A DNA stretch of 64,000 nucleotides from a virus (Duplodnaviria; Caudoviricetes), in IMG/VR virus record IMGVR_UViG_3300031170_000001, positions 5,977-69,976 of that record; one strand, 5' to 3'. A program made the translations under genes and the position numbers. The notes under the pieces were generated by a model. It searched no databases. It was not told the DNA's origin and worked only from the letters and a program-made list of their open reading frames with translations. Positions 36,337 through 46,100 of this stretch are shown here, piece by piece (within the stretch, counting starts at the first letter, position 1; every line of letters starts with the position of its first letter).

Positions 36337-37317
36337 ATGCCCGACATTATTCCCTTGAAGGGACGTAAGGCGGCCCCCAAGGCCCAGCGCAGTACGATGG
36401 AAACCCTGATCATCACGCCCGATCAGGTCAACTCTTGGCGTATCCCGTCGTGGCAACGGCCGGTATCGGTCAACGCCAAGGTCGAGGAAATCGCCGCCGA
36501 AATGCGTGAGGATGGCGTATCCATGTCGGGCCAATTGACGTTGGGCACGCTGCCCAATGATCTAAAGGTCTATTACATTGTCGATGGCCAGCACCGCATC
36601 GAGGCGTTCCGCATCAGCGGCATGGGCGAGATCATTGCCGACATCCGTGTCGTCCACTTCGACACCATGGCGGAAATGGCCGACGAGTTCGTCAAGCTGA
36701 ACACCGCCATCAAGAAAATGAAGCCCGACGACTTGCTGCGCGGCTTGGCTCCAAACATGCCCAACCTCCAGCGCATCATGCGTGAGTGCCCGTTTATCGG
36801 TTACACCCATATCCGGCGCAAGGGCAGCGGCGGGCCGCTTGTCAATCTGGCGACGGTATTGCGCGGTTGGGACAAGTCGTCCACCGAGACGCCCAGCGGC
36901 AGCAGCCGTGGCCTGTCCATCACACAAGTCGCCTCCGCACAGGACAACACAAGCACAGCCAACCTGATCAAGGTGATGAGCTTGATGGATAACGCATGGG
37001 GCCGTGACCCGGAGTATTACAAGCTGTGGGGCAACCTCAACATGACCATCTGCATGTGGCTGTACCGCCGCATGGTCATCGACACCACCCGCAAGGGCGG
37101 TGCGCGCGTCAGCGTCCTGTCCGACACGCAGTTCAAGCACTGCCTCATGGCGCTCAGCGCCAACAGCAGCTATCTGGACTGGCTGGTTAGCCGCACGCTC
37201 AACGACCGTGATCGTAGCCCGGCGCTGTCGCGCATCAAGACCATCTTCACGCGCCGCCTGATCGAAGACGGCATGACCAAGCCGTATCTGCCACAGCCCG
37301 CATGGTCGTCAAAGTAG
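36337..37317 (+). CDS. DGQHR/ParB-like domain protein
   Basis: WQRP, YYIVDGQHR, EFVKLN motifs. Confidence 0.75.
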   Translation: MPDIIPLKGRKAAPKAQRSTMETLIITPDQVNSWRIPSWQRPVSVNAKVEEIAAEMREDGVSMSGQLTLGTLPNDLKVYYIVDGQHRIEAFRISGMGEIIADIRVVHFDTMAEMADEFVKLNTAIKKMKPDDLLRGLAPNMPNLQRIMRECPFIGYTHIRRKGSGGPLVNLATVLRGWDKSSTETPSGSSRGLSITQVASAQDNTSTANLIKVMSLMDNAWGRDPEYYKLWGNLNMTICMWLYRRMVIDTTRKGGARVSVLSDTQFKHCLMALSANSSYLDWLVSRTLNDRDRSPALSRIKTIFTRRLIEDGMTKPYLPQPAWSSK

Positions 37318-37327
37318 GGGATGATAG

Positions 37328-37615
37328 ATGAGCACCACTTTCGATGGTCGGACGCTGCGTAAAAATCGCGGCGTGGACCAGATGCTTTTTGCCGGGCTGA
37401 TACTGGTGCAGCGCGGCAACTGGCGACCAACGGCGAAGGAAATTTCCGCTCAGTCGGGCGTTTCCATTCGCACCTTTTTCACCCACTTCGGCACGGTCGA
37501 AGATTACTACAAGGCGTTGTTCAAGAGGCATGAGTCGGAGTTGTACGACTGCCTGCGTGTCTGTGGCACATCCATCCAGACACGCATCGCCATCACGGGA
37601 TGGGCAAGCCCATGA
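37328..37615 (+). CDS. TetR-like HTH regulator
   Basis: PTAKEISAQSGVSIRTFFTHFGTVEDY, a TetR N-terminal HTH pattern. Confidence 0.75.
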   Translation: MSTTFDGRTLRKNRGVDQMLFAGLILVQRGNWRPTAKEISAQSGVSIRTFFTHFGTVEDYYKALFKRHESELYDCLRVCGTSIQTRIAITGWASP

Positions 37616-38031
37616 CTAAGCTGCCCAACGAGATTGCCATCAAGATCGTGACGCAGATGGAAGTGGCCACGCGCTATCAGAACATCCGCCCGATTGAGCA
37701 GCACCTTGCCCTGACTGCCGTGCGCCTGTTCTTGCAGCGTTTCGGCTACGACCAGATCGTGTCCAACATCAAGGTCCACGGTGCCGACCGCATGGCCAAG
37801 GCGGCGCAGAATGAGTTGAAGGAAATGGCGGAAACATGGACCTTTGCGCTGGCGGTTGAGCCGCCGCCCCCCGACAAGGCGGAACACATCCGCAAGGACG
37901 TGGAGATTGTCCAAGTCGGCGCGACCAGCAAGGATATCAACGAGCGCATCCACAAGATCATGGCCCGGCTGCAAGTCCGCGAAGCCATGTTCCAGAACCG
38001 GCGGGCCAGCCCGCCACCGATGGTGCAGTGA
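37612..38031 (+). CDS. Hypothetical protein
   Basis: ATGA-coupled ORF. Confidence 0.6.
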   Translation: MTKLPNEIAIKIVTQMEVATRYQNIRPIEQHLALTAVRLFLQRFGYDQIVSNIKVHGADRMAKAAQNELKEMAETWTFALAVEPPPPDKAEHIRKDVEIVQVGATSKDINERIHKIMARLQVREAMFQNRRASPPPMVQ

Positions 38032-38264
38032 TGACCGATATCGTGAAAAAGATGGCTATCAACAAGCGCGTTGCTGCGCTCTACGACCGGCTGATGAATG
38101 AAGGCAGGCACGGCCACTACGAAACGCTGTTCCACATCGTCCATGCCGAGCGCAAGGAAGCCGCCGACGAAATCGAGCGGCTGCGTAATCTGCTCGCGGC
38201 GACCAACCGCGACCTCGAAAAGGCGCTGGCCGCGCTTGATCATCACCTTAAAGCCGACAGATAA
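38028..38264 (+). CDS. Small AADEIERLR-family protein
   Basis: MTDIV...EAADEIERLR. Confidence 0.6.
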   Translation: MMTDIVKKMAINKRVAALYDRLMNEGRHGHYETLFHIVHAERKEAADEIERLRNLLAATNRDLEKALAALDHHLKADR

Positions 38265-38275
38265 AGGAGATCATC

Positions 38276-38620
38276 ATGGTTAATTACATGAAGTATAAAA
38301 GCAATCCGGACGATCAGGTGCCTCATGCCCGTTCCGATCAAGCACGACGTGAGGCCGAAATGGCCGAGCCAAAATATGATCCGATGACACAGCCCTACGA
38401 CGAGCCGTCGAGGCATGTCGATGGCGACGTGCTGGACCGGATGCGGCGATTGCAGGCGGCGTGGAAAGACGACCCTCACGGTGTGGGTGAAGCGTTTGGC
38501 CAAGCCGCCGACGAGATCGAGCGACTGCGCGCGGTGCTGCACGAAATCAAACGCTGCAACGCCCAATATAATTTCGGCTCCAAGCTCGTGCGGCTGGTCG
38601 ATGCTGCCCTCAAAGGATAA
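38276..38620 (+). CDS. Small AADEIERLR-family protein
   Basis: LDRMRR...QAADEIERLR; AGGAG RBS. Confidence 0.6.
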   Translation: MVNYMKYKSNPDDQVPHARSDQARREAEMAEPKYDPMTQPYDEPSRHVDGDVLDRMRRLQAAWKDDPHGVGEAFGQAADEIERLRAVLHEIKRCNAQYNFGSKLVRLVDAALKG

Positions 38621-38623
38621 GCC

Positions 38624-38794
38624 ATGACCGACATCGTTGAGCGGCTGCGCGACAGGATATGGAGGAACGACCTGCAAGACGAAGCCGCCGACGAGATCGA
38701 GCGGCTGCGGGCAGGGCTGGAATATATGAGGACGTTGGCAGACGACATTGAAACTGCCGCGCGCGTCGCGCTGAGAGGACAGAGGAAAGAATAA
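38624..38794 (+). CDS. Small AADEIERLR-family protein
   Basis: Hand-translated MTDIVERLRDRIWRNDLQDEAADEIERLRA... Confidence 0.6.
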   Translation: MTDIVERLRDRIWRNDLQDEAADEIERLRAGLEYMRTLADDIETAARVALRGQRKE

Positions 38795-39081
38795 TGCCCG
38801 ACGAGCCAATGACAGTGGCGGAGATACGCGAGAAGCATGGCGCGTTCATGGACAAATTCGGCCGCGACGTAAAGATCGCGTGGCCGACCGTCTACGCTTT
38901 GCTCGACGCTCTCCCTTCCCTTGCCGACGAGATCGATAAGCTGCGTCGCGAGATCAACATGGTGCTGGAGGAAGCGGCCAAGGTCGCTGACGGGTATGGC
39001 GCGGGCATTGTGCCGCGACGGATTGCCCAAGACATTCGCTCCCTGAAGCGGGAGTGCAGCCGATATCAGAGGATCAGATGA
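38794..39081 (+). CDS. Small hypothetical protein
   Basis: LADEIDKLR...VLEEAAKVA. Confidence 0.6.
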   Translation: MPDEPMTVAEIREKHGAFMDKFGRDVKIAWPTVYALLDALPSLADEIDKLRREINMVLEEAAKVADGYGAGIVPRRIAQDIRSLKRECSRYQRIR

Positions 39082-40859
39082 CCGCCACCATCACCGTCAC
39101 TCCCAGCCTGATCACCGTGACCGGCATCGACCGGCTGCGAATAGGGGACATCTATGCGGGCGCTCCCGATTTTGATCCTGAGATTGGCGATGGTTTACCT
39201 ACTTGCGGTGCTAATCTCCTATATCTTCATTCCCTTCTAGCCGATGCCATCTGGCGCGACCCCGGCAACCGGCTGATGGAAGCCCGCACCTACCGCTACA
39301 TGGAGCGTCTGCGCGCCGCTGAGCCGGGCGAGTATGAACACACTTGGCCGTTCAAGGTAACGCCGCACGCCTATCAGCTAAAGCTGTTCACCCACGCCCG
39401 TCACCTCGACAACATGGCGCTGGCTCCCTGTGCGCTGGGCACCGGCAAGTCCAAGATGATCTTGGACATCGCGGCGGACAAGTACATGCGCGGCTTGATA
39501 GATGGACTCTGCATCATCGCGCCCAATGGTGTTCACAAACAGTGGATTGAGCAGGCCGTGCCGGAACACCTGACGGATATGGTGGGTCGTCTTACACATA
39601 TCTGGAAGCCGCGCGGACGCATTCCGTGGGGAGTTTCCATGGCGCAGGCCGGTTCGCTGCGGATCATGGCGTTTAACGTCGAAGCCTTTAGCTCCGACAC
39701 GTCGCCTTCGACCAACGATATCACCGAGTTTCTGCGTTCCGGTCGCATGATGCTGGTTTTGGACGAATCAACTCGCATCAAAAACTACAAGGCCCAACGG
39801 ACAAAGCGAATCTTGCGGTTAGCGCCACTGGCAAATTGCCGCGCGATTCTGAGCGGGACGCCTATTACCAAGGGATTGGAAGATATTTTCACGCAGTACC
39901 AATTCCTCGATGAAAATATCATAGGGCACCGCAACTACTTTTCCTTCCGCAGTCATTACTGCATCACCCGGCCAGTGCCGGGGCGGGCGGGCGGCATGGG
40001 TGCCTTGGAGATTGTCGGCTATCGCAATCAGGAAGAACTGGTCCGCAAGATTGCGCCAGTCAGCTTCATGGTGCCCGACACCGTGCTGGGACTGCCGCCG
40101 CAGCGTTTCGAGCGCATCAACGTGGACATGACACCGGAGCAAAGCCGCATCTACACGATGCTGGCCAAGCAGCTTGTCGAGGATTTGGCGCAGCGTCGCA
40201 TCGAAAGCCCGGCCATTGCCCTCACCCGCATCCTTCGGCTCCAGCAAGTCCTGTGCGGTCGCTACTACGAAACCGTGACGGACGAGGACGGCATGGAAAC
40301 CGCCGTGCCCAAAAAGGTCCGCAACAACCGGCCACAAGCCTTGGCCGATGCGCTGGAAGCCCATGACGGGCAGGCGCTCATTTGGGTGCGCTTCAAGGAC
40401 GACATTCGGTAGATCATGGAAGTGGTCGACCGTCCGGAACGCTTTGCGTTCATTGACGGCAGTGTGTCGCTGGCCGACCGGGCGGCAAACATCGCTGCCT
40501 TCCGGCGCGGCGAAATTGACTACATGATCCTGAACGTCGCGGCGGGCAGTACCGGCTTGGACGGACTGCAATGCTGCAACACGTCGTTCTACTACTCCAA
40601 CACGTTCAATCGGGAACATCGCTGGCAAAGCGAAGGGCGCATCCACCGGCTGGGCCAGCAGCATTCCGCTCTATACGTCGATTTCGTAACGCCGGGGACT
40701 GTCGATGAGCTTATACTCGACGCGCACGCCGCAACGGCGGACCTTGCGCGGACCCTCATGGCCTCGCCGCACTTGCTCCAAGGGGGAATCGATGGACGGC
40801 AACGCCCTGAAATTCATGCTCATGTCGCTGGTCGATCAGGGCTTGAAGCCCACGATTGA
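39078..40859 (+). CDS. SNF2-family helicase interrupted by an in-frame TAG at 40410-40412
   Basis: Motif I LGTGKS, II VLDESTRIK, III ILSGTP, IV IWVRF upstream of the TAG; V AGSTGL and VI QSEGRIHRLGQ downstream in the same frame. Confidence 0.85.
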
Positions 40860-40977
40860 AGATTTGATCCGTGCGCTGGATTGGGCCGAACTTGCCGGTA
40901 AGCCCGACCTGATCGACATCGAATTTCATATGGAGCGTGACGCTAGGCGTCGGGCGTCCGATAAAACGGGGGCTTAA
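40792..40977 (+). CDS. Hypothetical protein
   Basis: GGGGA RBS; 61 aa; overlaps the helicase end. Confidence 0.45.
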   Translation: MDGNALKFMLMSLVDQGLKPTIEDLIRALDWAELAGKPDLIDIEFHMERDARRRASDKTGA

Positions 40978-41260
40978 TCTCGGTGGCAAACTTGAAGTCG
41001 CGGTAGAAGCGCGGCTTGCCCTTGTAGCCGAAGCAGACATAAAACGGGATGCGCTGGCGCAGGCACTCGTAGCCAAATTCTATCTGCTTCGGCCTGAGCT
41101 TTTTGGTCGCCGGTTTGCCGATCTTTAGCTCGCACCACCATGTGTGGCCCTGCCACAGGCCGAAAGTGTCGGGCAGCCCGTCCGGCACCACCGTCTCCAG
41201 ACGCCACCACCGGCCCCGCAGATTAGGCCGGATGGCATTCCAAAGATCGTCTTCCGTCAC
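40943..41260 (-). CDS. VRR-NUC-like PD-(D/E)xK nuclease
   Basis: RLE....GLPD........WCELK......LRPKQ. Confidence 0.8.
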   Translation of the reverse strand: MTEDDLWNAIRPNLRGRWWRLETVVPDGLPDTFGLWQGHTWWCELKIGKPATKKLRPKQIEFGYECLRQRIPFYVCFGYKGKPRFYRDFKFATEIKPPFYRTPDA

Positions 41261-42006
41261 GTCCTCTTATAGCTGGGAAAATTGAGCGACGTATCGGTCA
41301 GGTGGTATTTCCGGATGGCATCCAGCCCCGTGCGGAAGGCGGCATTGGACGCCTGCATCATGGCGTCCGGTCCTTTGAGGGGCTTCACCTTGCGGCGACG
41401 CGGGAAGCCCTGCTTGGGCTCAGGGTCCAGCCCGCCCAGCATCACGGCCCCCATCATCAGGTACAGCACACTTAGGCCGGACAGGTCCGTGCGGGTCATC
41501 GACAGGGACTTGTACCAGCATGGTTTGTGGCCCGGTAAATAGGCTGTGGAGGCGAATTTCTTGGCCAGCCAGCGTTGCTGGTAGGCGTCCGGACGCCACC
41601 CTTCCAGAGCCTCCCTAGCCGCTTCCAGCCCCGGTTTATAACCCGCCAGTTCAGCCAGCGGATCGGCAAAGCCCCGCCATCTTGGCAGGGGCACGACGGC
41701 TCCTATGATGAACGTCGTTCCGCTGTAGAATCCGGCACCCAGCCATGCCCTGCGGTACACGGTGTGGGAGTTGAGGATGGCATAACAGGACCCGTCCGTA
41801 TGACCGGCAACGACGAAGTGCCTGCCCTTCTCGGGACTGTCCACGTCGGCGTGCGCCTTGCCCTGTGCGGCAAAGACAGGCTTGAATCCCTGTTGCGCGA
41901 TATGGCGCAGAAAGGCAGAGGTGTCGATCAACGCATCGCTAGTCTTGGCCAGTTTTTGCGTTGCCGGTGCCTTCTCGCGAAGGCTTGTGGGGGTAAGGTA
42001 ATCCAT
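41257..42006 (-). CDS. DUF932-like protein
   Basis: LIDT..FL......GF.PV.A.Q......G.H.V......ILNSH pattern. Confidence 0.6.
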   Translation of the reverse strand: MDYLTPTSLREKAPATQKLAKTSDALIDTSAFLRHIAQQGFKPVFAAQGKAHADVDSPEKGRHFVVAGHTDGSCYAILNSHTVYRRAWLGAGFYSGTTFIIGAVVPLPRWRGFADPLAELAGYKPGLEAAREALEGWRPDAYQQRWLAKKFASTAYLPGHKPCWYKSLSMTRTDLSGLSVLYLMMGAVMLGGLDPEPKQGFPRRRKVKPLKGPDAMMQASNAAFRTGLDAIRKYHLTDTSLNFPSYKRT

Positions 42007-42046
42007 CGTCTTATATTAGTGGTTTTTCCTAAATTTTCCAGCAGAG

Positions 42047-42074
42047 TTGCAATTACCGACAAAATAAGTATAGT
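42047..42074 (+). promoter_or_regulatory. Sigma70-like promoter with operator in the spacer
   Basis: TTGCAA-TTACCGACAAAATAAG-TATAGT. Confidence 0.6.
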
Positions 42075-42081
42075 GGATAAA

Positions 42082-42567
42082 ATGAAAATACATTCCTCGA
42101 CCCACCCTCATCGTCTCTTTGTCTATGGCACTTTGAAGCGTCCGTGGGGCAACCACCGTCTGCTGGTCGAACACAAGTCCCGGTTCATTGGCGACGCCAC
42201 GACCTTGGAGCAGTTCGTGCTGACCGATGGCTTTCCCTACGTCTGGAAGCCTTCCGTCAAGTTCCGGGGAATCTACACGGATTATCTAGGCCAAGTCGTC
42301 GGTGAGCTTTATGCCGTCACCCATGAAGGGCTAGCCGCCGTTGACCGTCTTGAAGGGCATCCCAACTACTACCGCCGGACGCCCATCCAAGTCGTCTTCG
42401 GCCCCGAAGACGATCAGACGACCGTCACCGCAGGCATCTACCTCCGTCAGGAGTCCATCGATCCAAGTCAGTTGGCCGAACCAAGAAAAGGCTTGCTGGA
42501 ATGGGGTACGGAAAGGTTACAACATCTGGAACGCCTGCATCCGCAGTTTGAACGCAAGGAGTCGTAA
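42082..42567 (+). CDS. Gamma-glutamylcyclotransferase (YtfP/GGACT-like)
   Basis: LFVYGTLKR..GNH, GFPY, VVGELY, VDRLEGHPNYYRR. Confidence 0.88.
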   Translation: MKIHSSTHPHRLFVYGTLKRPWGNHRLLVEHKSRFIGDATTLEQFVLTDGFPYVWKPSVKFRGIYTDYLGQVVGELYAVTHEGLAAVDRLEGHPNYYRRTPIQVVFGPEDDQTTVTAGIYLRQESIDPSQLAEPRKGLLEWGTERLQHLERLHPQFERKES

Positions 42568-42902
42568 TGGAAATCAAGGTTGGAGCCCATCTTCTCGATC
42601 TGGAAGGCGATCCGCTGCTGCATCCGGAAACCAAGCAGCCGTGGACGGTTGGCATGGTCCTGATCACGGTGTCGCTGGGCACCCCTCCGCAGGGGCAGAC
42701 CTATACCGAGTCGGAATCGGTGTCGCGCTACATGACGGCAATGGATATCCGCGACGCCCTCAAGAAGGGCAACGGTCAAGTCGTGGATATCCCGCCCGAC
42801 ATGCTGGTCAAGCTCAAGGCTGACGTTGTGCGGTCGTTTGGCCCCATCGTCGCCGGACAGATGACGCCGCTGCTCAACGGCTCACCGGGCCGCCCCAACT
42901 AG
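42567..42902 (+). CDS. Hypothetical protein
   Basis: 111 aa; TAATG coupling. Confidence 0.65.
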   Translation: MEIKVGAHLLDLEGDPLLHPETKQPWTVGMVLITVSLGTPPQGQTYTESESVSRYMTAMDIRDALKKGNGQVVDIPPDMLVKLKADVVRSFGPIVAGQMTPLLNGSPGRPN

Positions 42903-43153
42903 GCGGCTTTTGCCGGTGTCTTGAAGGCGACAAACTGCGCCGAGCAGCCGGGGCACAGAAGCACGTAGCTATTCTGCTGAATAGGCGGCGTCGCCGGTTG
43001 ACCTTCGACCGGCGGCGGCGGCGTGCTTGTCGTCAAGCACTGCAACGTCGTCCAGCCCGCAGGCAGGCCAGCAGAGGACGGCTCCGAGACGTAGGCGTCC
43101 CTGTCGCAAGTGTAAATCGTGGTTGATACTGCGGGCATTGTTGTCTCCCTCAA
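42899..43153 (-). CDS. Small Cys-containing protein downstream of the tail fibre
   Basis: YTCDRD...LLCPGC; coupled to the fibre stop. Confidence 0.55.
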   Translation of the reverse strand: MRETTMPAVSTTIYTCDRDAYVSEPSSAGLPAGWTTLQCLTTSTPPPPVEGQPATPPIQQNSYVLLCPGCSAQFVAFKTPAKAA

Positions 43154-46100
43154 GTGCTGGACAGGAACGCATATAGCTCGTCGTAGCGCAGGCCAAGCCT
43201 ATGCTGCCCGCCTTCGATTTCATCCGAACACAGCATGCCGTAGGCCCACGGATCGAGCCCTTCGGCGGCCAGTGCATCGCGTATGTCTTCGGCCACGTAG
43301 CCGAAATGATAGCGCGCCTTGTCGCCCTTTTTCTCGACGGCATCGCGAAACTTATAGCGCGTTGTACCAATTGATTTGATGCGGGCGGCGGCCCGGCGCT
43401 CAGCGTCGGTGGGACCGCTCAACTCGGTCTTGGTGTCTCGGCCTGATGTATTGATGGTGGCGCTAACAGCATAAACTACCGACCAACGATTACCGGCAGC
43501 CCCTAGAGTGTAAGCACCATCGGCAGCCGGACATGCGACACCGTTGAACAACGTATTGCCGTCGTAGTTGATCGCCATTGCCTGAGTAAGTGTCGCATCC
43601 GTATCGACCCTGCGTGTGGCAAAAACGAGTTGGCCCTGCGTATTGTTCGCGCCATTGACGCCTTGTCCCTTGATAGCGGCGTAGCCGGTGCCGCCCTGCA
43701 TGCCGAACAGGATCATGCCACCCGTACCGGGAGCTACGTTATCGGTGTGGATGCGAAGCGTCGCGCTAAGGCCGGTTGTCGTTGACGGATTGGGAGAAGT
43801 CGCGCCGCCACCGTAAACGGTCATGGCAGGACGAGTGTCCCAGCCGCCGTTGACCCACATCGATTGATTGAAGGCATGGCCGACACCGCCAGCACCAATG
43901 AAGTAGTTCATCATAGGTGGCTCAGTTGGGCCGTTGTTGTTCAGTTCGACCAAGCCGTAAGCATTGGCGACGTTGTTCAAGTTGAACAGGATGCGCGATC
44001 CTGCGTTGTCTCCCGTGCTGAGATTTTCAAGGAAAATCTGAGTCAGAGCGCCGTTAGTATTGCCCCGTAAAATGACTGCCTTGCTTATCAAGCCATCAGT
44101 AGTGAACTGTCCGAAAATATCCGCCTGATCGAGCGCACGGAACATATGAACGGCGTTGGTGTAATAGGACGTGGGATTGACCGTGTTTCCCATCGTGAGG
44201 TTGTTGACGGCGCTGAGCGGGGCGCGTAGCGCGGTGTAGTCGCCAGCTTCACGTATCAGCACCGGCTGGCCATTGAGCTTGTAGGTGTTGATCGTGTTCA
44301 CTTCGCCGTAAAAAGTCGTCGCGGCGGTGGCCATTTCCATATCCCACAGGCCGACATTGCCAGCAGTGGTCTTGTTGGTAGAGAACATACGAAGCGTGTT
44401 CTGGAACGCATCGAACGTCGCGTTGTGCGTGCCGCTCGACGCCGATACAAACTGAATTTCCCCGCCCTCGTTAGGCTGGATATTCGGCTGGAGAGTCAGC
44501 GGGCCAGTAACAAGAAGGCCAGCAAGGGCATCAATCGGGCCGCCCGCGAATACATGATTTCCCGGCGCAGTGTCGAGGACATAGCTCAGGCCGCCCGCCG
44601 CACCACCGAAGCCGATATAGCCGCGACGAACATTGGCCGGGGTCCAAAACGCCATGTAGCCGGTGTTCGCGCCACCGTCAGCCATCGATATCCGGCCTGT
44701 GCTAACGCCGCCAACGGTAATTCCGTTAGTAACGACTACGGAGGGACCGTTAAATGAGCCATCGGGGCCGACGTAAGAGGCACCATTGGCAAAATTAACG
44801 TAGCCATTCGATCCCAATCCTATGCCGCGTGGATAAGTGTTCCAACCAAATCCAATCTCTCCGCCCTGCCAGTATATGTGACCGCCCTCGTTGCCATCGA
44901 CGGTGCGCTCAATTTCGACGCGGGTCTTGCTCCAATCATTTCCGGCAACCACGCGCTTTAGATAGAAGGTCAGGTTTTCGATGTTGCCGTCGTTGGTCTG
45001 AAGGCGCAGTGGCACCATGGTATCATTCAAGACCTGTCCGAGAGCAGGCGAGTCAAACGCCGCTCTTTTCGCAAGAATCCAATCGCCCACTTTCAAGTTG
45101 GCGTTGGCATCGACAAACATGCGCGGGTAATAGGTGCGACCGTTATAGGCGACCGATCCCGTATCAGCGACCGGCAAGCCCACGGCATCGTTGAGCCAAG
45201 AGAACCTGTAGCCGCCCAAGGTAGTAAGCCACTTGGCTCCGTCGATATCGCCCTGAAAGACCATAGTGGGAGACATATTGTTGGCTTCGATTGCGCCGCT
45301 GAATCTCGCCGTGCCAGCCGATATGGGAGAATTAAAATTGATGATGGTTCCGGCAAAACTTAGCGGTTGGTAGCTCAGGCCCAACGTATGATCGACACCC
45401 TCGATCATCGCACCAACAGCGTCAGCGAAAATGCGTATGCCCTTGGTAGCGCCGGAACCGCCAAGGATGAGCGCACCATCGATGGCCGAAAACCTCCCCG
45501 TCTTGGCGATCATGCTGCCGGACGTATCGACGGAGAAAACCGTAGCGCCGCCGACATTTAACCTGATGAGTTTGGAGCCAGCACCGCTTGCCGTGTTGGT
45601 GAGATCGAGGGCGTAGGCGGCAAAATCAACCGCACCGTCGTTCCACGTTACGTTGGCCCTGATCGCAGGTTGAGCGTTAGAGCCCCCGTACGGACTGCCG
45701 ACAAGGAGCGGACCAAACATATTCATCCCGCCAAAGCGGTTGAATATAAAGTTCGTCGGAGTTCCGATGAGATCGTCGTTTCGGGACGAGAGCCAAAGAT
45801 CGCCTTGAGTCTGGTACATCCGCCAGAAGCGATAATTGGCGATGTACTGTGAATTGTTCCACCAAAGGCCCGCTGTGTCGCTGATAGCGGGCGCGATAAG
45901 CTCAACCTTGTCGGGGAACGACGTGCTGCCGTCGCGATTAAAAATCCAATTCGGTCCAATAGGCGAATAATCATCGCCACGCGCCTGAAACGACAGAGCG
46001 TTAGCCGGTATACCGCCTCCAGTAGCACTAGCTCTAGTCTCAATTACCCAGACTTTCTTATTAGCTGGTGCATCCGATATAGTAAGTTCAAGTGCCGCTT

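Noticed and set aside
39495-39510. Fourth copy of the TTGATAGATG(A/G)ACTCT element
   Set aside because: Inside helicase coding sequence (LIDGL); probably coincidental
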